Shown piece by piece: positions 51,001 through 64,000 of a stretch of DNA of 64,000 bases (position 1 is its first letter; each line of letters begins with the position of its first letter). A model generated the notes under the pieces. The model did not search any database. It was given only the letters and a program-made list of their open reading frames with translations, and had not been told where the DNA came from. The position numbers were made by a program, and so were the translations under genes. Where the stretch lies: positions 16,494,001-16,558,000 of the forward strand of contig CM119371.1 of NCBI GenBank assembly GCA_051294905.1. The letters are read 5' to 3'. The DNA comes from Botryllus schlosseri. Lineage: Eukaryota.

Positions 51001-54000
51001 GAAGCATATCTTTTCGGGGTTAACAATTGGATATAAGTCGCAGATGGTTTGAATTACCTCCTGCATGTTGCATTTAGTTTCGATAGCAGATGCCTGATAA
51101 AAAATTACATATAAGCTGATGAGATATAGTCTCAATTCCTGTCCACTGTTGAGCCTACTTCTGCAGTCAGCAGCTTATCATAAGAAACTCGCTAATTTAT
51201 TTATCAATTGTACACAACCCGTCAGATTGTCTGAAGTAATCCTAATATATACCTGGAAGTGTTGGTTTTTCATCAAATTCAAAGTTTCAGTCCAATCCTT
51301 AAATCTTTCCTTCGGTTTATTTACAAATAGGTGGTTCGCTTCCAAACGAACACCACTATTCAAAATTTTAAACAGCATTGATTGACTTCCAAGCGAAACA
51401 GATTCAATTTTGATAGTTTGGATCTGAAATGGAAATATCATTTCATATTTCACACGTTCTATATCGGAACAAATAGAGCTTAACTGATAGCGTCACGCAC
51501 ATACGAATGGTTGGAGCTAGCTTTTCGGATCAGACAAATGGGTCGCAATTGATATGGAAAAATTAGGTTTGAAGTGCGCCACAATAAATCAAGGAACACT
51601 CAACCGGCAACATTCATAAATCAGGCGTGACGTCAACACATATAGAAACGTTGCTTACTACCATTCGGTATATCATAATTTCGTTTAGTTTCCGTCCCAG
51701 TTGAATTTCGTAATTATCGTACGCGGCTTGCTGCGATACGATTTCATATCCCGCAGTGATTCTGGCGTGGCTTTGTTTGTTGTTTGTGGTATTCATGGTG
51801 TTTGACGACTGCTACGGTCATTTACACAAGGCATATATTGCCTATTTTTGATTCCGTATCTGCTAGGCTTACCATATTTTGGAAATCTAAAAAGAGGACA
51901 CTTTTTCAGAAATTTGAGACTTGCAAAACCGGAAAGGAATTCTCAAAATTCGGTGAACTTTTCCCACTTTGTGATCGGTTGACTAAAAAAAAAGGTCAAC
52001 TTTCCCACCCAGAGCCCAAAGTACCGTTTCTTACTCCACATTACCGGGTGGTTGACTGAAAAAAAAGGTCATCTTTTCGCTCAGAGCTCAAAATACCGTT
52101 TGAACATCGCTGCTGTGCTAATTTACGGCATTTCACTCGCATTTTGCTCTAAATATGACCGCAATTTTTAAAAAAGAGGGCAAAATCTCAAAAGAGAGGA
52201 CAAAAGGGCGTCCTCCGAGGACACTTTCAAAAAAGTCAAAAAAGAGGACAGATCCTCCTAAAAGAGGACGAATGGTAACCCTAGTATCTGTCGACTTGTA
52301 GCATGGCCCAGTTCTAGGCTTTTTTATGGACACTGGCTTACGCGGATGAGGTGGCGAGGAGGAGCTTAGTTAAACCTCGAACATGTAGGTAGGAATTGTG
52401 GAGTCGACCTCGGTCGGACTCGAACCTTGAGCCTTAATAACCTGGGGAAGACTAACGCCAAACTGCAAGTCTTTGTAGAACATCAAATATTTATTGTAAA
52501 TCAGTGTGACTTCTGATGTTCTGTTTCAGATACCAGTTCCCTAATGCGAGGCTTCAACTTGAAAAGTGTCTCGGTATCTTTCGCTCGGAACGCAAGATCG
52601 TGATACCAATTGCCTAATTTCAAATGATGTTACGGATATTTGAGATGAAATCAGAACTTTGGAATGACGAAGTTCCGATTTCGAGACCCCCAAACTCATC
52701 TGCCCCACTGCACGCGACGTACCACCACAACAGTTACAATTCGACTACTGATCAGGCCTAGTGGCCCTGAAGCCAATGATTGCCAAGACATTGCCGTGTC
52801 ATCACATACCATATGTGTGGTTTGAGTCTGTGTTGCGACCCCTAGGAAACGCCCGAACCAGGCTCAAGGAACCACCGGCGTTCCAAGCAATGTTCCCTCT
52901 AAGCTTCGCACGTGCGCAAATGCGCGGTGCTGACACTGTATCTGCGCACAGAAAATCCGAAGTGATGACCCTTTTTTCAGTCGTTACTCACTGTTGTCCA
53001 AGGGTATGCGCAGTAAGTTGGTGAGTGTGCGCAGACTCGTCAAACATTAGAGCGAACATTGGTTCCAAGGAACACTATAGGTAATAAACACAATTATATG
53101 GATATGGCAATATGAGTATTCGCATCGCAAAGACGCGACTACGTAAACCGTATCTAATCTCTGTTGCTCCCTGTTATTGACCCACGCAAGTGCAAAAATA
53201 ATCTAAGACATTACGAATAATCATGGTATATAATCTTACTGATGGTTCATTACTATGGACCAGTGGAGTACTATATAAATATGTAAACACCTTGCGCGTA
53301 GGGCGCCATAGGCACCAGGTGTATAGGCTATCTGTGAAATGAACAACGTATTAAGATGGTGAGTTCGTGAAAATAGGTATATCAAAAGATACGTATTTCT
53401 CACCTGACCTAAATAGCTGGATACACTATGTCCTGAAATAATATCGGCTTCGACATCCCCAGCTTTGGCGTTAATAGTCAATGTCTCGATCGTGAGATTC
53501 TACAAATTAGGGTTTCTCAGTTCAGACAGTAACAACAATTTAATGTGAATAACATAAGGCATGCGGCTAATTTGCAATTGTCATACTTCCGAGTTAACCG
53601 GACATGTGCCCCACTTTGACGCTAAAAGCGCATCCGGGTTATAAACTAAAATGTAGGGATGATGCAAACGTTTGGTTCACGTATCCATTAACATGCGAAG
53701 CTCGATAAATCAGTATTTCGGTTCACAAACTAATTCAGGTCGATTCTACTCGGTGAACCTTCAGGTGGAATAAAAGAAAATTTAGATAATCTCACAATAT
53801 CTGATCAAAATTCCTAGCATCTCAGAACGCCAAAACTTATAGTCTTATATTGACATCCATGTGGTTAAAGATGCCGAAATTAAGAAACATGTGATAAAGT
53901 CAAAGTAATTTGACCATAGTAAATCGTACAATGTGTACGGCATGAAGACAGATAATTACAAACCTTGTTACTCTGCATGACAGCTTTCAGTGCGTCCAGC

Positions 54001-57000
54001 TGTTCCTTTGTCTTTGTACGAATCGTCTCATGCACTGCTTCCTATGAATAACATAACGATCATAAAAATCCTAATTTGTAGGGATTAGAATAGGCATCCA
54101 TACACGTGCAAACGTATAGTCAACGTGGGAATGGTTACACCTTCTAGTTAAAATCCTCGGAATCGCCGTCGGTTCAACAGGCATACTACTTAGCTCTAGA
54201 TCAGAGGTCTCAAACATGCGGCCACGAGAGCATTTTGTGCGGCCCGCCACGGTATTTTGGAATTTCAAGTATTCAACAACATATTCAAGTTCCACATATC
54301 TTTTTAATATATAAGAACGTAAAGCTCGCGCTAAATCTACTACAAAAATCACTGCAATTTCAAAGAAGTTCACTATCACGTCACTTTTAAAAGCTGCTAT
54401 GCTGTAGAAAATAAGGTATTACGCCAAACTTCTAGTTCACGATGATAAAACATTACCCGTTGATGATTCGTGACTGAAAATTGTGATTTGATTTGGTTTT
54501 ACCTTCTCGTAAAATTACTGGATTTCGGATTGACTGGGTGATTAAATAAAAATGACTTCAGTTGAGTAGAGTCAAACGTTGAAATCAGAGTAGGACTTGC
54601 GACTCGGAACGGTGACTTGGTAATCCTACGGACGCAAGGATCTATGAAACTGTCATGCAGTTTTGTAATGTATAAAAAGGTCGTAGCTTGCGTTGCGTAG
54701 AGTGGGTATCTAATCATGTCAGTATAGCAACCATTGGTATTATGTGACCTCCGTGACGTATAGTTGGTTTCATGATGGGTGGTGTTTGTTCTCTTTATCC
54801 ATGTTATTAACGGTGGCGAATAAAGTAGTAGTACCCTCTACAGCTGCAACACGAATGAATTCTTCGCCCATTGAACATCTCTGTTCCAGCGGTTCCTAAC
54901 CAGGGTCCGTAGACCCCATCGGGGTACGAGACACCACATCAGGGAGTACGAGAGACATTGTGGAATTAGGCCTATATGCTGTGTAATATTTTCCTGTCCA
55001 ATTTATTCAGCAGGAAAATAGTTTTCGTGCTACGCGCGATTTTATGTGGATGGGCTTTCTGATTTTAATATAAGTGGCATAAAAAATTGCGTTGAAAATG
55101 GACACAGGCTACCAGAAATCTAATTGGAAGCACAATGGGTACGATCGCTAAAAAGGTTAAGAAGCAATGCTATTACTATGGCTCAATAATGATTATATTC
55201 AAGCTATTACTGATATGGTCCAATAACATTTGAAGGCTAGATCTAATTCTGATTTAATTTGACTTTGGCAATGACAATAACAATAGCCGATACTTATCAC
55301 GACTATATCAAAACCAGAATGAGACTAAACCGCTTAAATGCTCTGATATCAGATCAATCTTCAGTAGATTTTCAAATATTCTACATAAGACTGTGGCGGG
55401 TCAAAGGTCCACTAGCTGCAATATTATAACCCAACAGTACTACGATGTCATGATGCATCCTCTCGAATGATCTCTATAACTCATTAATTAAAAAATGATG
55501 CCCGGCACAAAAACAATTTTATTCAAATATTTGAAAATGTGATTTTTTTTCCGTCTCAAGCGTGAATAGTACAATAGTAAATTACATTTCTACGATGTTC
55601 GTGAAATGCCTCTCTTCAAGGTCCCGTCAAATAAGGCCTACTTGGGAATTATACATTGAATATCCCTCTTATTGATGCTGCGTCCCGCGGCGCCATCAAA
55701 AACTAGGAAATTGGCCCGCGAGCACATTTGAGTTTGAGACCTCTGATCTAGATCATGGGTAGAAAATGATCGATGTGAGGACCGCCGACTGTGAAAATGA
55801 TAAATAACGATGAATTCCTGGCTAATGATACTTTTGTTCGTTTATGGTAGGGGTCGGAGGCGTTTTTCATCAAAGAAGCCACGTTTACTCTACATCAGTG
55901 GTTCTCAACCGGGGGTCCGCGAAGCCATTTTCAGGGGGTCCGTGAAGCCTCAAAATAGTTGATAACCTATTTTGTATTTTTTTAAATTCGGAAAATCACG
56001 AGCCAGTTTCGGTTCATTACGAAGTAAAACTCCAGAGCTCACATCAACAGACTGACCATCTGAGATGAAATATCCTAGTATGCACACTCAATTTAATTGG
56101 TAAATTGTCAATAGCCTACTGATACAAACATTTTAATAACCTAATTTGTATTTTTTTTAATTCGTAAAATAACGAGGCAGTTTCGCTTCATTATTAGTAA
56201 AACTCCAGCGCTCACATCATGAGAATGGCCATCTGAGATGAATTATCCTACTATGCAGACTCATTTTAATTGCTGAAATGTCGATAACCGACTGATACCG
56301 TACAAACATTTTGCTATTTAGAGTTGTTTTGCTGAGCATTATGGAAAAAAAAATTGGATGAGTAAGGTCAGTCACGGTCACTTCGTCATGTTTACAAAAT
56401 TCCATTTTCTCCTGTGATATGCAAAACCATTTTGTCATAATAACTTTAAGATATGCTGCTAGATAGAAATGACCGCACGCTTGACGTTATATGTTCATTA
56501 AAATAGTATTGGTCAATTTTGGCACCATATGTGTTGTGATCATACCCAAATGTGTCGTCGGAAGCGTTACGCGTTATTATTACTGTCGCCACCACCTATG
56601 TTTGTGGAAATGGATTTTCGGCACTCTTTCATATCAAATCGAAGGCGCGGATTTTCAAGACACGTCCGCATATTGCAAGAATTGCTGTTGCAGAATTCGC
56701 TTTGAAACAATAGAAGTCAACCCAATCTTATCTTCAAGAAAAGTCATTTGTTGCTGTTGATCACAAAGCCTACAGCTATCATTTGCATGAGCCAGATGAC
56801 GATAGCACGATAATTGAGCTAAATTGGAACGCAAAAATTCGTGGGGGTCCGCGGGATCCGTGACGGTCCTCAAGTGGTCCGCGAAGACAAAAAGGTTGAG
56901 AACCACTGCTCTACATGTTCAATTGTCAGTGTCACTCTACTGTGACGTCACATCTAACGATTAGTTACGTAATGGCTAAATACAAAGCAAAAAACAAAAT

Positions 57001-60000
57001 TTGTTGTAAATTGATTCTTGTTTTAAATGCAAACCTAATTGCATGCAATCTGATTTCGTCATATGTATGGAATGATTGGTGGAAATATTCACAAGTATCA
57101 ATCTTTTAACTTCATCGTCCGGTCCTGTAATTCGATTGGAAATTTCACTCCATCTGGTGCCGACTTCACACTGTTCCAATGACATTCTCCTTGGAGCATA
57201 TGCACCCAGAGAATTCATGAACATGGCCAGAGTTTTTACAGTCATTCTGTCAATCTTTCCATACATTTGAACCTAGAAAAAAAACATGGAAATAACTGGA
57301 TTCTCGCGTACAAGCCAACGAAGTTTTAGTGAATAGGATTAATTTGCTAGTCTTTAGAGATGTGACACGAATAATATTAAAGCCATAGACACTTATAATA
57401 TATTTGAATATCATTCGAGAGCTTCGGGTCGTGCACTTCAACCGCCGTTCGGAACAACGATATTTTCGTGGAATTTTAATTCCGGAGTGTCGCTAATTCA
57501 CTGGATCTGAACCTTTTCGACCTCGCGACACCATTTGAAAATGAAATATTGTTCGCGGCAAACTAACACAATTGTTATCAATATATTTTGAATTACTGCA
57601 CCTGCAAACTACCAGAATATGTAGCAGCAAGCGCAGTCGTACAGAGGTGGTGTCAGACGAAGTACTTCCACCTTTTCGGGGAAGTTAACTGATATAATTT
57701 GATCAACTTCACTCCTCAATTCTCACATTCGCCACCGGAAACATAACGTTGCGCTACTATCCCACATTTTAACGGCAGAACCTGTCCGGCACGCTACCAA
57801 ACAATCGCAATGGCAGTATACGCTGAGGTAGCGCCAGATTACAACTACAGCAAAGGAATATTAGAAAAATGCCAACTTATGTCATCGTTAGCGCCACTGT
57901 ATAATCGGTTCTTAACTGTATTCAACCGGTAAATCATCATATTTTCGTCATTGTACCGAAGTGTCGAAATTTGCCACCGTAAATGCTATATTCGAGAATA
58001 TGGACGGAATTTCAATTAAAGATTGCACGGCTTCTACTGATCGGAATCGATTTAAATTTGATGTGTAGAGTTTTATCAGACAACCTGGCAGTTTTATCAA
58101 TAAGCAAGTTGAATTTGAAGAAAAATTTATTTTTAAACTACTCGAATATGGTGTAAACAGTGGTATATGTTGATTTTTAAAGTGTTCAATACCGAGATGG
58201 TTGACGGAATTTCGTATCGTATATTTTGGTTATGTCACATAACATCGGGGTGAATTTCAAGATTGTCACAGAATTATTAGCGTGGTAAATCAGTCATCGA
58301 AGTCGAGTGTATATTGGTTCTCGCTGAGCTACTACATACTGGACTTCGACAACGAAATCACCACCTAATCATTGACTTACAGCGTTGTAATTTGGCTTGG
58401 TACAGCGTCAGATGACAACAACGAAATATACCATACTACATCCGGCCACTCGTCTCGATGTGACACAGAGTCAAAATCATCAAAGTCGAATATGAATAAC
58501 GGCTTTGCTTTTAATCACTGCTCTAGACGACCAACAATAACAAAGTCAGCAAAGCCATCTGGCCGAGACGGTCACGTAATTTTTGAGTGTCCACGCCACC
58601 TTTGAGTAAACTATAGTTGCAGGCCCCTGATCTAGCTTACATTCGTCATATTCAAACAGTAATAAACTTATCTCACTCTGGATTCATTGCCGTGACGATC
58701 AGTTCTGAACGTGTACTCCTCTTTCACCTCCAATGTTTTGATTTGACCCGCGTGAATCAGATCAGAAAAGTCTTTGTAGACTTCAGGAAAGAATTTTTGA
58801 ATGTGTAGCGTTGAAATCTATAAATGAAGTGATCTAAGAGGGAAGCACGTACTGAGGAATGGAAGTAAATAACAACGGAATTATGAAATAGCAAATCAAA
58901 ATTTTGAAATTGTCATGTGATTATATGATTTCTATTGTTATAAATTCAACATAGTTATTTGCAAGTTATATATTTATGATTTGGATAAGAAGATGTGATC
59001 AGTAATAAGTCATTTTTAAATCATAATATGTTCATCAGACTATTGACACATCTAAACTAATAAAATAATCGCCACGAAGAACTCAATAAGCTGCTTCTTA
59101 ATCTGTAGGACTTGAATATTGGATGCTATAATCGAGTCGCCTATGTGGAAGGCCTATTTCTCACGTTACAGATAGTCGGGCTGACGGAGAGGAATCTCTT
59201 TAGTCTTTTCGAGACGACCTTCAGCTCACGGAAGTCATTCTGTTGGATTCTGCAATTTTTTATCCAGAATTTCCAATTTCTCCTCGCATTTCCAAACCCC
59301 CCCAACGCGACGTCGATATGAAACAGACATTCAATAGTGAGCTGGTTGATCTCGATTTCCCGTATCTGAATATATGTGGCATGCATTTTCATACCACAAT
59401 TTTTATATCGATATTGTCAACAACTGTACATAAGCAATGGACATCAAAATTGTGACATTCAAATTTTGCCTCGATTTAAGAACAAATATGAGACGGAGAA
59501 CAAATGATGTTTATGGTAGGCTTAAATTAAACATGTTGTATATATTTTAACGGCCCAATCTCGCTACTTTGAATGATTTATGCTGGAGCTAATAGGCAAG
59601 CGACAACGTAACAGCCCTGCCACAGGAATGGCCTGGCAATCTTACGCCACGACTTCCAAGCCCGAAATTATCATTGGTCACAGAGGTCACAAATAACGAG
59701 GATGATAACAGAACCTCAACTGCTGCAATGCAGCATATTCGCGAATATGTTTATGACTAATGTATTCGACACCATGTCAGTATCACGTGTCATGTTGAGT
59801 TGTTGTTATATATAGTCCATATATGTAGTGTATGGTATCGTACCATTTATGTCGTCAAAACCTAAAAGTTGGCGTCTCATTCTTCAACGATGCTTTGTTA
59901 CAATATCTGGTATCATACCATTCGTCTGTACAGGCAGAGAGGTAAGTGATTGATTGACAAACTGACAAAGCCAATCGGACTCTTATCTATATTTTTCAGT

Positions 60001-63000
60001 TTATCGAAATCTTATATATTTTGCTGAACCCATAGGAATGGAAATTCACGAAAATGGCCTATTTAGGATTTATATACCATAATCAGTTTCATAATTATCA
60101 CAGGAATTTAGTTCAGGTGCTATTTTCACCCAAGTGTGGTATGAAATCCATGCCATCCTACTGGGCATAAAGTCGTATTTGGAGGCTTTCAGCAGATTTA
60201 TATATATGCTGCATTCAGCCGACATGCTCACAGTAATGTTGCGATTGTAAGTAAAAGTAACTTTTGTTCCGTCGTCTGACATCATTTCATCAACTACCAA
60301 GTAACGTGATTCATTGTCCAACAGCACTTGTAAGTACTTTACGATGCTTTCTTCCATGGCAAAAACTCTCACCTGCGTATAGTACATGCGTACAAACATT
60401 GAAATCGACCGGACTATTGGTAGTGCGATCGATATGGTTTTAAAAGAAGCCCTTAATTTTTATTTTTGTAAAACTTCTCTACTTAAATCAATGGTTCACA
60501 AACTTTTTCAGACACGCCCCCTTATCGTCATATCTCAAATTGCAAACAGATTGCTGTCATCCCAACCGATGGTTTGGTGGCAGGGGGGGGGGTTACACCT
60601 GTTGATGAGCGAATTCTCAAATATGAAATTCGGACTATACACCGAGCAATAACTAAACATTTGAGGTAAATCGCTCCATGTGCGATTTTTTTTCCGCTCT
60701 TCCCTCCAGATGCTTTCACGCTCACCAAGGGGAGGGGGCGCTCAGTTTGAGAACCACTGACTTAAATAAATATGGAAGAAATTATTTGCAAGTTAAACAA
60801 GTGACATGTAACTGACACCAGGGGAATTTGGTCAGATGCAAAAGACCATTATAAAAGACAGGCATCAGTTTGATGGCCGCAAGATAATAATTCAATCACC
60901 TAACATATCCAGGGGACTAACATATTCACCACCCACCGCCATCATTGGAGATATTAGAGTTGCAGCAGGCTAATGGTATTATCAATTTCATTTCAACTCC
61001 CTAATTAGGTTCTGTGATAACTGTCAATGAATGAGTATCTAACAAACGAACAGTTTTGTTCCCTACTCCAAACTCGTATTAGATGACGAACTGGACTAGA
61101 AACCCTTTGCATTTCTCCGCAATTCCATCTTCAAAGTACTTTATTGGAGCTGACGAAAATACACTACCTACCATTCCCCGTCATCGTATTGGAATTGTCA
61201 GGGAAATGTGAACGAAGTAAAAGTGCTTATCTCGGCTAAACCCAGAATACTATGAATATATGAAAGTCTGTCGACTATTACAATGATTAGTTGTCTAGTA
61301 TACGCAGTGGTTCTCAACCGCAGGTCCGCGGACCGGTGTCCCTTAATTGGAGTATGACCGAGCTTGAAGGTGTCCGAAACTATTTCGTGAATAAACATAA
61401 ATCATAGAGTAATTTTTGAAACTTTATACAACTTCATTATTGGGTGCCCTTTCACATAGAAAAACACATGATTTATAGAAATAGGCATTTCGGCGTCAGT
61501 CATAACCGTCAAACGACGCACCAACACGTAATGAAGTTTAGACTAACAGGTTACTCTGAAACGTGTGCCAAAACTTGACAGCAAGAAAACCTTGGCCGAA
61601 AACGACCGTCCTTTGTTGATCGAAAACTTCGATATATATATGTCCAATTTTCCATCTGCGCCTAAATGACTGGCGCCGAATCTCGCTGTCCTGGCAATCT
61701 GTTCCCCACATGACACATGCCATACCCAAGAGAAAATATTTTCCAATAAAGAAATATGAATTTGTAATCGTGTGAGTCTTTTAGTTTGGAACGCTGGGGG
61801 GATTTCAATATCTATTCACCAGTGGCGGCTCGTGACAATATCGGGTGGTGGGGCAAGGGGTGCATGCGATGTTAATAATCTAAATGACATCACAATAGTG
61901 TATTCCGAAGTGAAAATGTGACTTCGTGGTCGTCACACACAGTTTGTATGGCGTATAGATATAAGGCATGGTTAACTATAGGCTTACGCATTTCAAATAT
62001 TAATAATATATTCATAACAGAAATATATTAAAACCGAAAGCTTTTCGAGCTGACACTCTTCAAATTATTCGGAAGAAAATATGAATTACAGAAGTTCATA
62101 CCTGCATATTTTAACGTTTGTATCAGTAGGCGTATTGCGCGCGGCGTGATTTCATAGTTGCAAGATGTTCAATGACGAATTCAAAGTTCACCACCGGTTA
62201 CTACTTCGAAAAAAGGATGCATTGCAATATGAGCCAGTCAACTCTAACCGAGTAATGTCGACGATCGAGTAATATCGATACACCGTTTGCAGTAGAGACC
62301 ACATGATTCAGATCACAAAATTTTTTCTGTGACTGAAAAAGGTGCTTTTAACGCACAACCATTTGTTGACTGAGCAATTACTGGACAATCATATTCAGAT
62401 CAGACATGGGGTGATTACTTCATGAATGTAATCGATTGCGATTACGATTACTTATGAATCACGCGATTACGATTACGATTACGATTACAGCAAAATCCGC
62501 GAGTAGTCGATTACGATTACGATTACTTTGGAAAAGTAATCACGATTACTCACGATTACATTCATTTTGCTTCTGAGAAGTTATCTTTGGAAGACAACAA
62601 TGCGATGAAAACGCCTCATGAGAGAAGGTCTTTATTTTTAAATGAGATATAATGACGTCATTTCCTGTGTATGACATAATATACCATGGCATGATTCACA
62701 CAGAAATAGGCATTTCGGTGCCAGCCAATACCGCGCCGCAACACAACAAGACATGCTACATTGGCCGAAACATTGTGTATTTGTCTATTGTCCATAGCCG
62801 CGCTGGATGGTCGCGAAGAATAGTCTTTTCAATCTTAGCCCCACAATACAAATGCCACCGGGGGCACTCACTGAGGACAATGATGAACCACGTGCATAAA
62901 TGACAATTTTTGGTGCGTCTCACAAAAGTTTTTCGTTTAGTTTTCTTTTCGACCGCTACGTTTGGGCGACTCCAATATCTGATGACTACATAGCAGACAG

Positions 63001-63623
63001 GAGGTCACGAGTTAACACCATACAATAAAGTTATAGTCGTAAATTATGTGCCTAAATATTCGCGCCTGGCGCGACTTGACAGCAAATTCACAGCGGATCC
63101 ATCGCATCAAATCGTGTTTTCCAGTTCTTGTGAAAAGCCCGGCCTTTAAGGGGGTTCTGGGGGACTTCGCCCGCCACAAGCTTTATTGATCGCCTTATGG
63201 GGAGCACAAGATCCCGATTTGTGAGAATGGCGGTGGCTAAGTGCTGTTTCGGTACTGATTCTAGCTGAAATCCACGCTAACATGGTGTGTAAGGGGATGG
63301 CTAGTGGCATATCCGAATGATGAGTATAAAATTGCGAAGGAACAATTGTTGCCCGTTTTAAGTAGGGCCGTATGAGAATATGATACGGTAAACATCAACT
63401 TCTGACTGCAATCCACTTAATACATATATTTCGATGTGCCGTTATACGAGTAACGGAAAATAACGGCTCGGTTATGATTTTTTTATCAGCAGCCTGGTTT
63501 TTAATGCTTCGATGTAGAAATTGTCATGTTTAATTTGACGGGTACAAAATTTCAAATCGTTGTCCATTATATACGTAAATAGGCCTACCGCTCGCCAATC
63601 AGCTACGGTCAGATTGCGTTTAC
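48029..63623 (-). CDS. Multi-exon uncharacterised gene, probably 5'-incomplete, with degenerate LRR-like exons and a Tyr/Pro-rich C-terminus. Exons: 63589-63623(?), 60232-60372, 59165-59365, 58677-58817, 57035-57272, 54106-54143(?), 53964-54041, 53404-53499, 51253-51423, 50956-51093, 50471-50573, 50363-50410, 49989-50027, 48349-48438, 48029-48120
   Basis: Each listed exon has an AG acceptor, a GT donor (except the terminal exon) and an open frame, and the phases chain consistently to TAA at 48029-48031. The two exons marked (?) have weaker sites. Confidence 0.75.
52888..53061. mobile_element. Short hAT (Tip100-like) MITE
   Basis: TIR caatgttccctctaa/ttagagcgaacattg; TSD gttccaag. Confidence 0.85.
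54202..55745. mobile_element. Intronic hAT Charlie-like MITE with a nested MITE (~54887-55169)
   Basis: TIR CAGAGGTCTCAAAC/GTTTGAGACCTCTG; TSD ctctagat/atctagat. Confidence 0.85.
55896..56908. mobile_element. Intronic hAT MITE, same family as 37775-38570, with an internal ~175-bp duplication
   Basis: TIR CAGTGGTTCTCAACC; TSD ctctacat. Confidence 0.92.
60489..60759. mobile_element. Intronic hAT MITE
   Basis: TIR caatggttcacaaac/gtttgagaaccactg; TSD acttaaat. Confidence 0.85.
62401..62560. repeat. (GATTAC)n subterminal repeat array of a MITE end
   Basis: CAGACATGGG start followed by many GATTAC units; no partner TIR found. Confidence 0.6.
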
Positions 63624-64000
63624 CTAAGCATAACAAAACATCTATACATTGTACAATGTAGCCTACAATTTGTACATATACGTTACTATACGAAACTAAA
63701 CTAGGCCGTGTGGTGATTATTATCCTGCTGCGAGGTGGTGGCGTGTGCAGTGTAATGATCAGTGCAGTGACATAATCCACAGCGGGTGTTCTTACAATCA
63801 CAGTACTACATTATTTACATCGAATATCTATTTACTACGTGCGGATAATTCGTTACGCAATCAAGAACCAAGCTAATACTTGTGACGTAATAATGATTAT
63901 AGAGGCGTTTGAAAACCAGACATTTCTGCTATCCAAATCCTGTTTTCACACTCTTCGTTGCTCAATGCTCATGAATGTTCATAGTTCAGTTCATGTCATG

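Noticed and set aside
54503..54880. Exon-like segments 54503-54625 and 54835-54880 (-)
   Set aside because: They lie inside a TSD-bounded MITE (54202-55745), and the gene model chains without them.
62030..62065. Hammerhead-like motif on the minus strand
   Set aside because: Core (TTGAAGA) and stem I are degenerate; probably a dead PLE scrap.

Overview
AT-rich animal genomic DNA, most likely from a marine invertebrate (an ascidian is a guess from repeat style only). It is dominated by decayed or non-autonomous transposons: many hAT-type MITEs with 8-bp TSDs, a foldback element with a 7-bp TSD, Chapaev3-like remnants, two L1/Tx1 LINE remnants, an RLE-type non-LTR 3' end, and Penelope-like elements carrying minimal hammerhead ribozyme motifs. 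Two spliced host genes, not resolved by the ORF track, were reconstructed by hand and end convergently. (1) A + strand gene enters from the left. Its phase-1 polyproline/Tyr exon has been triplicated by a 7-10 kb tandem duplication, and it ends at 25230 in an ITAM-like motif. (2) A - strand gene of about 15 exons (63.6 kb to 48.0 kb) has degenerate LRR-like exons and a Tyr/Pro-rich tail. Other notable structure: a five-level transposon nest (26111-35013) that splits a 28S rRNA-derived fragment, and recurrent TA -> TAGGCTA/TAGCCTA/TAGGCCTA micro-insertions that can be polarised using paralogous copies. All calls were made by eye; no database search was run.
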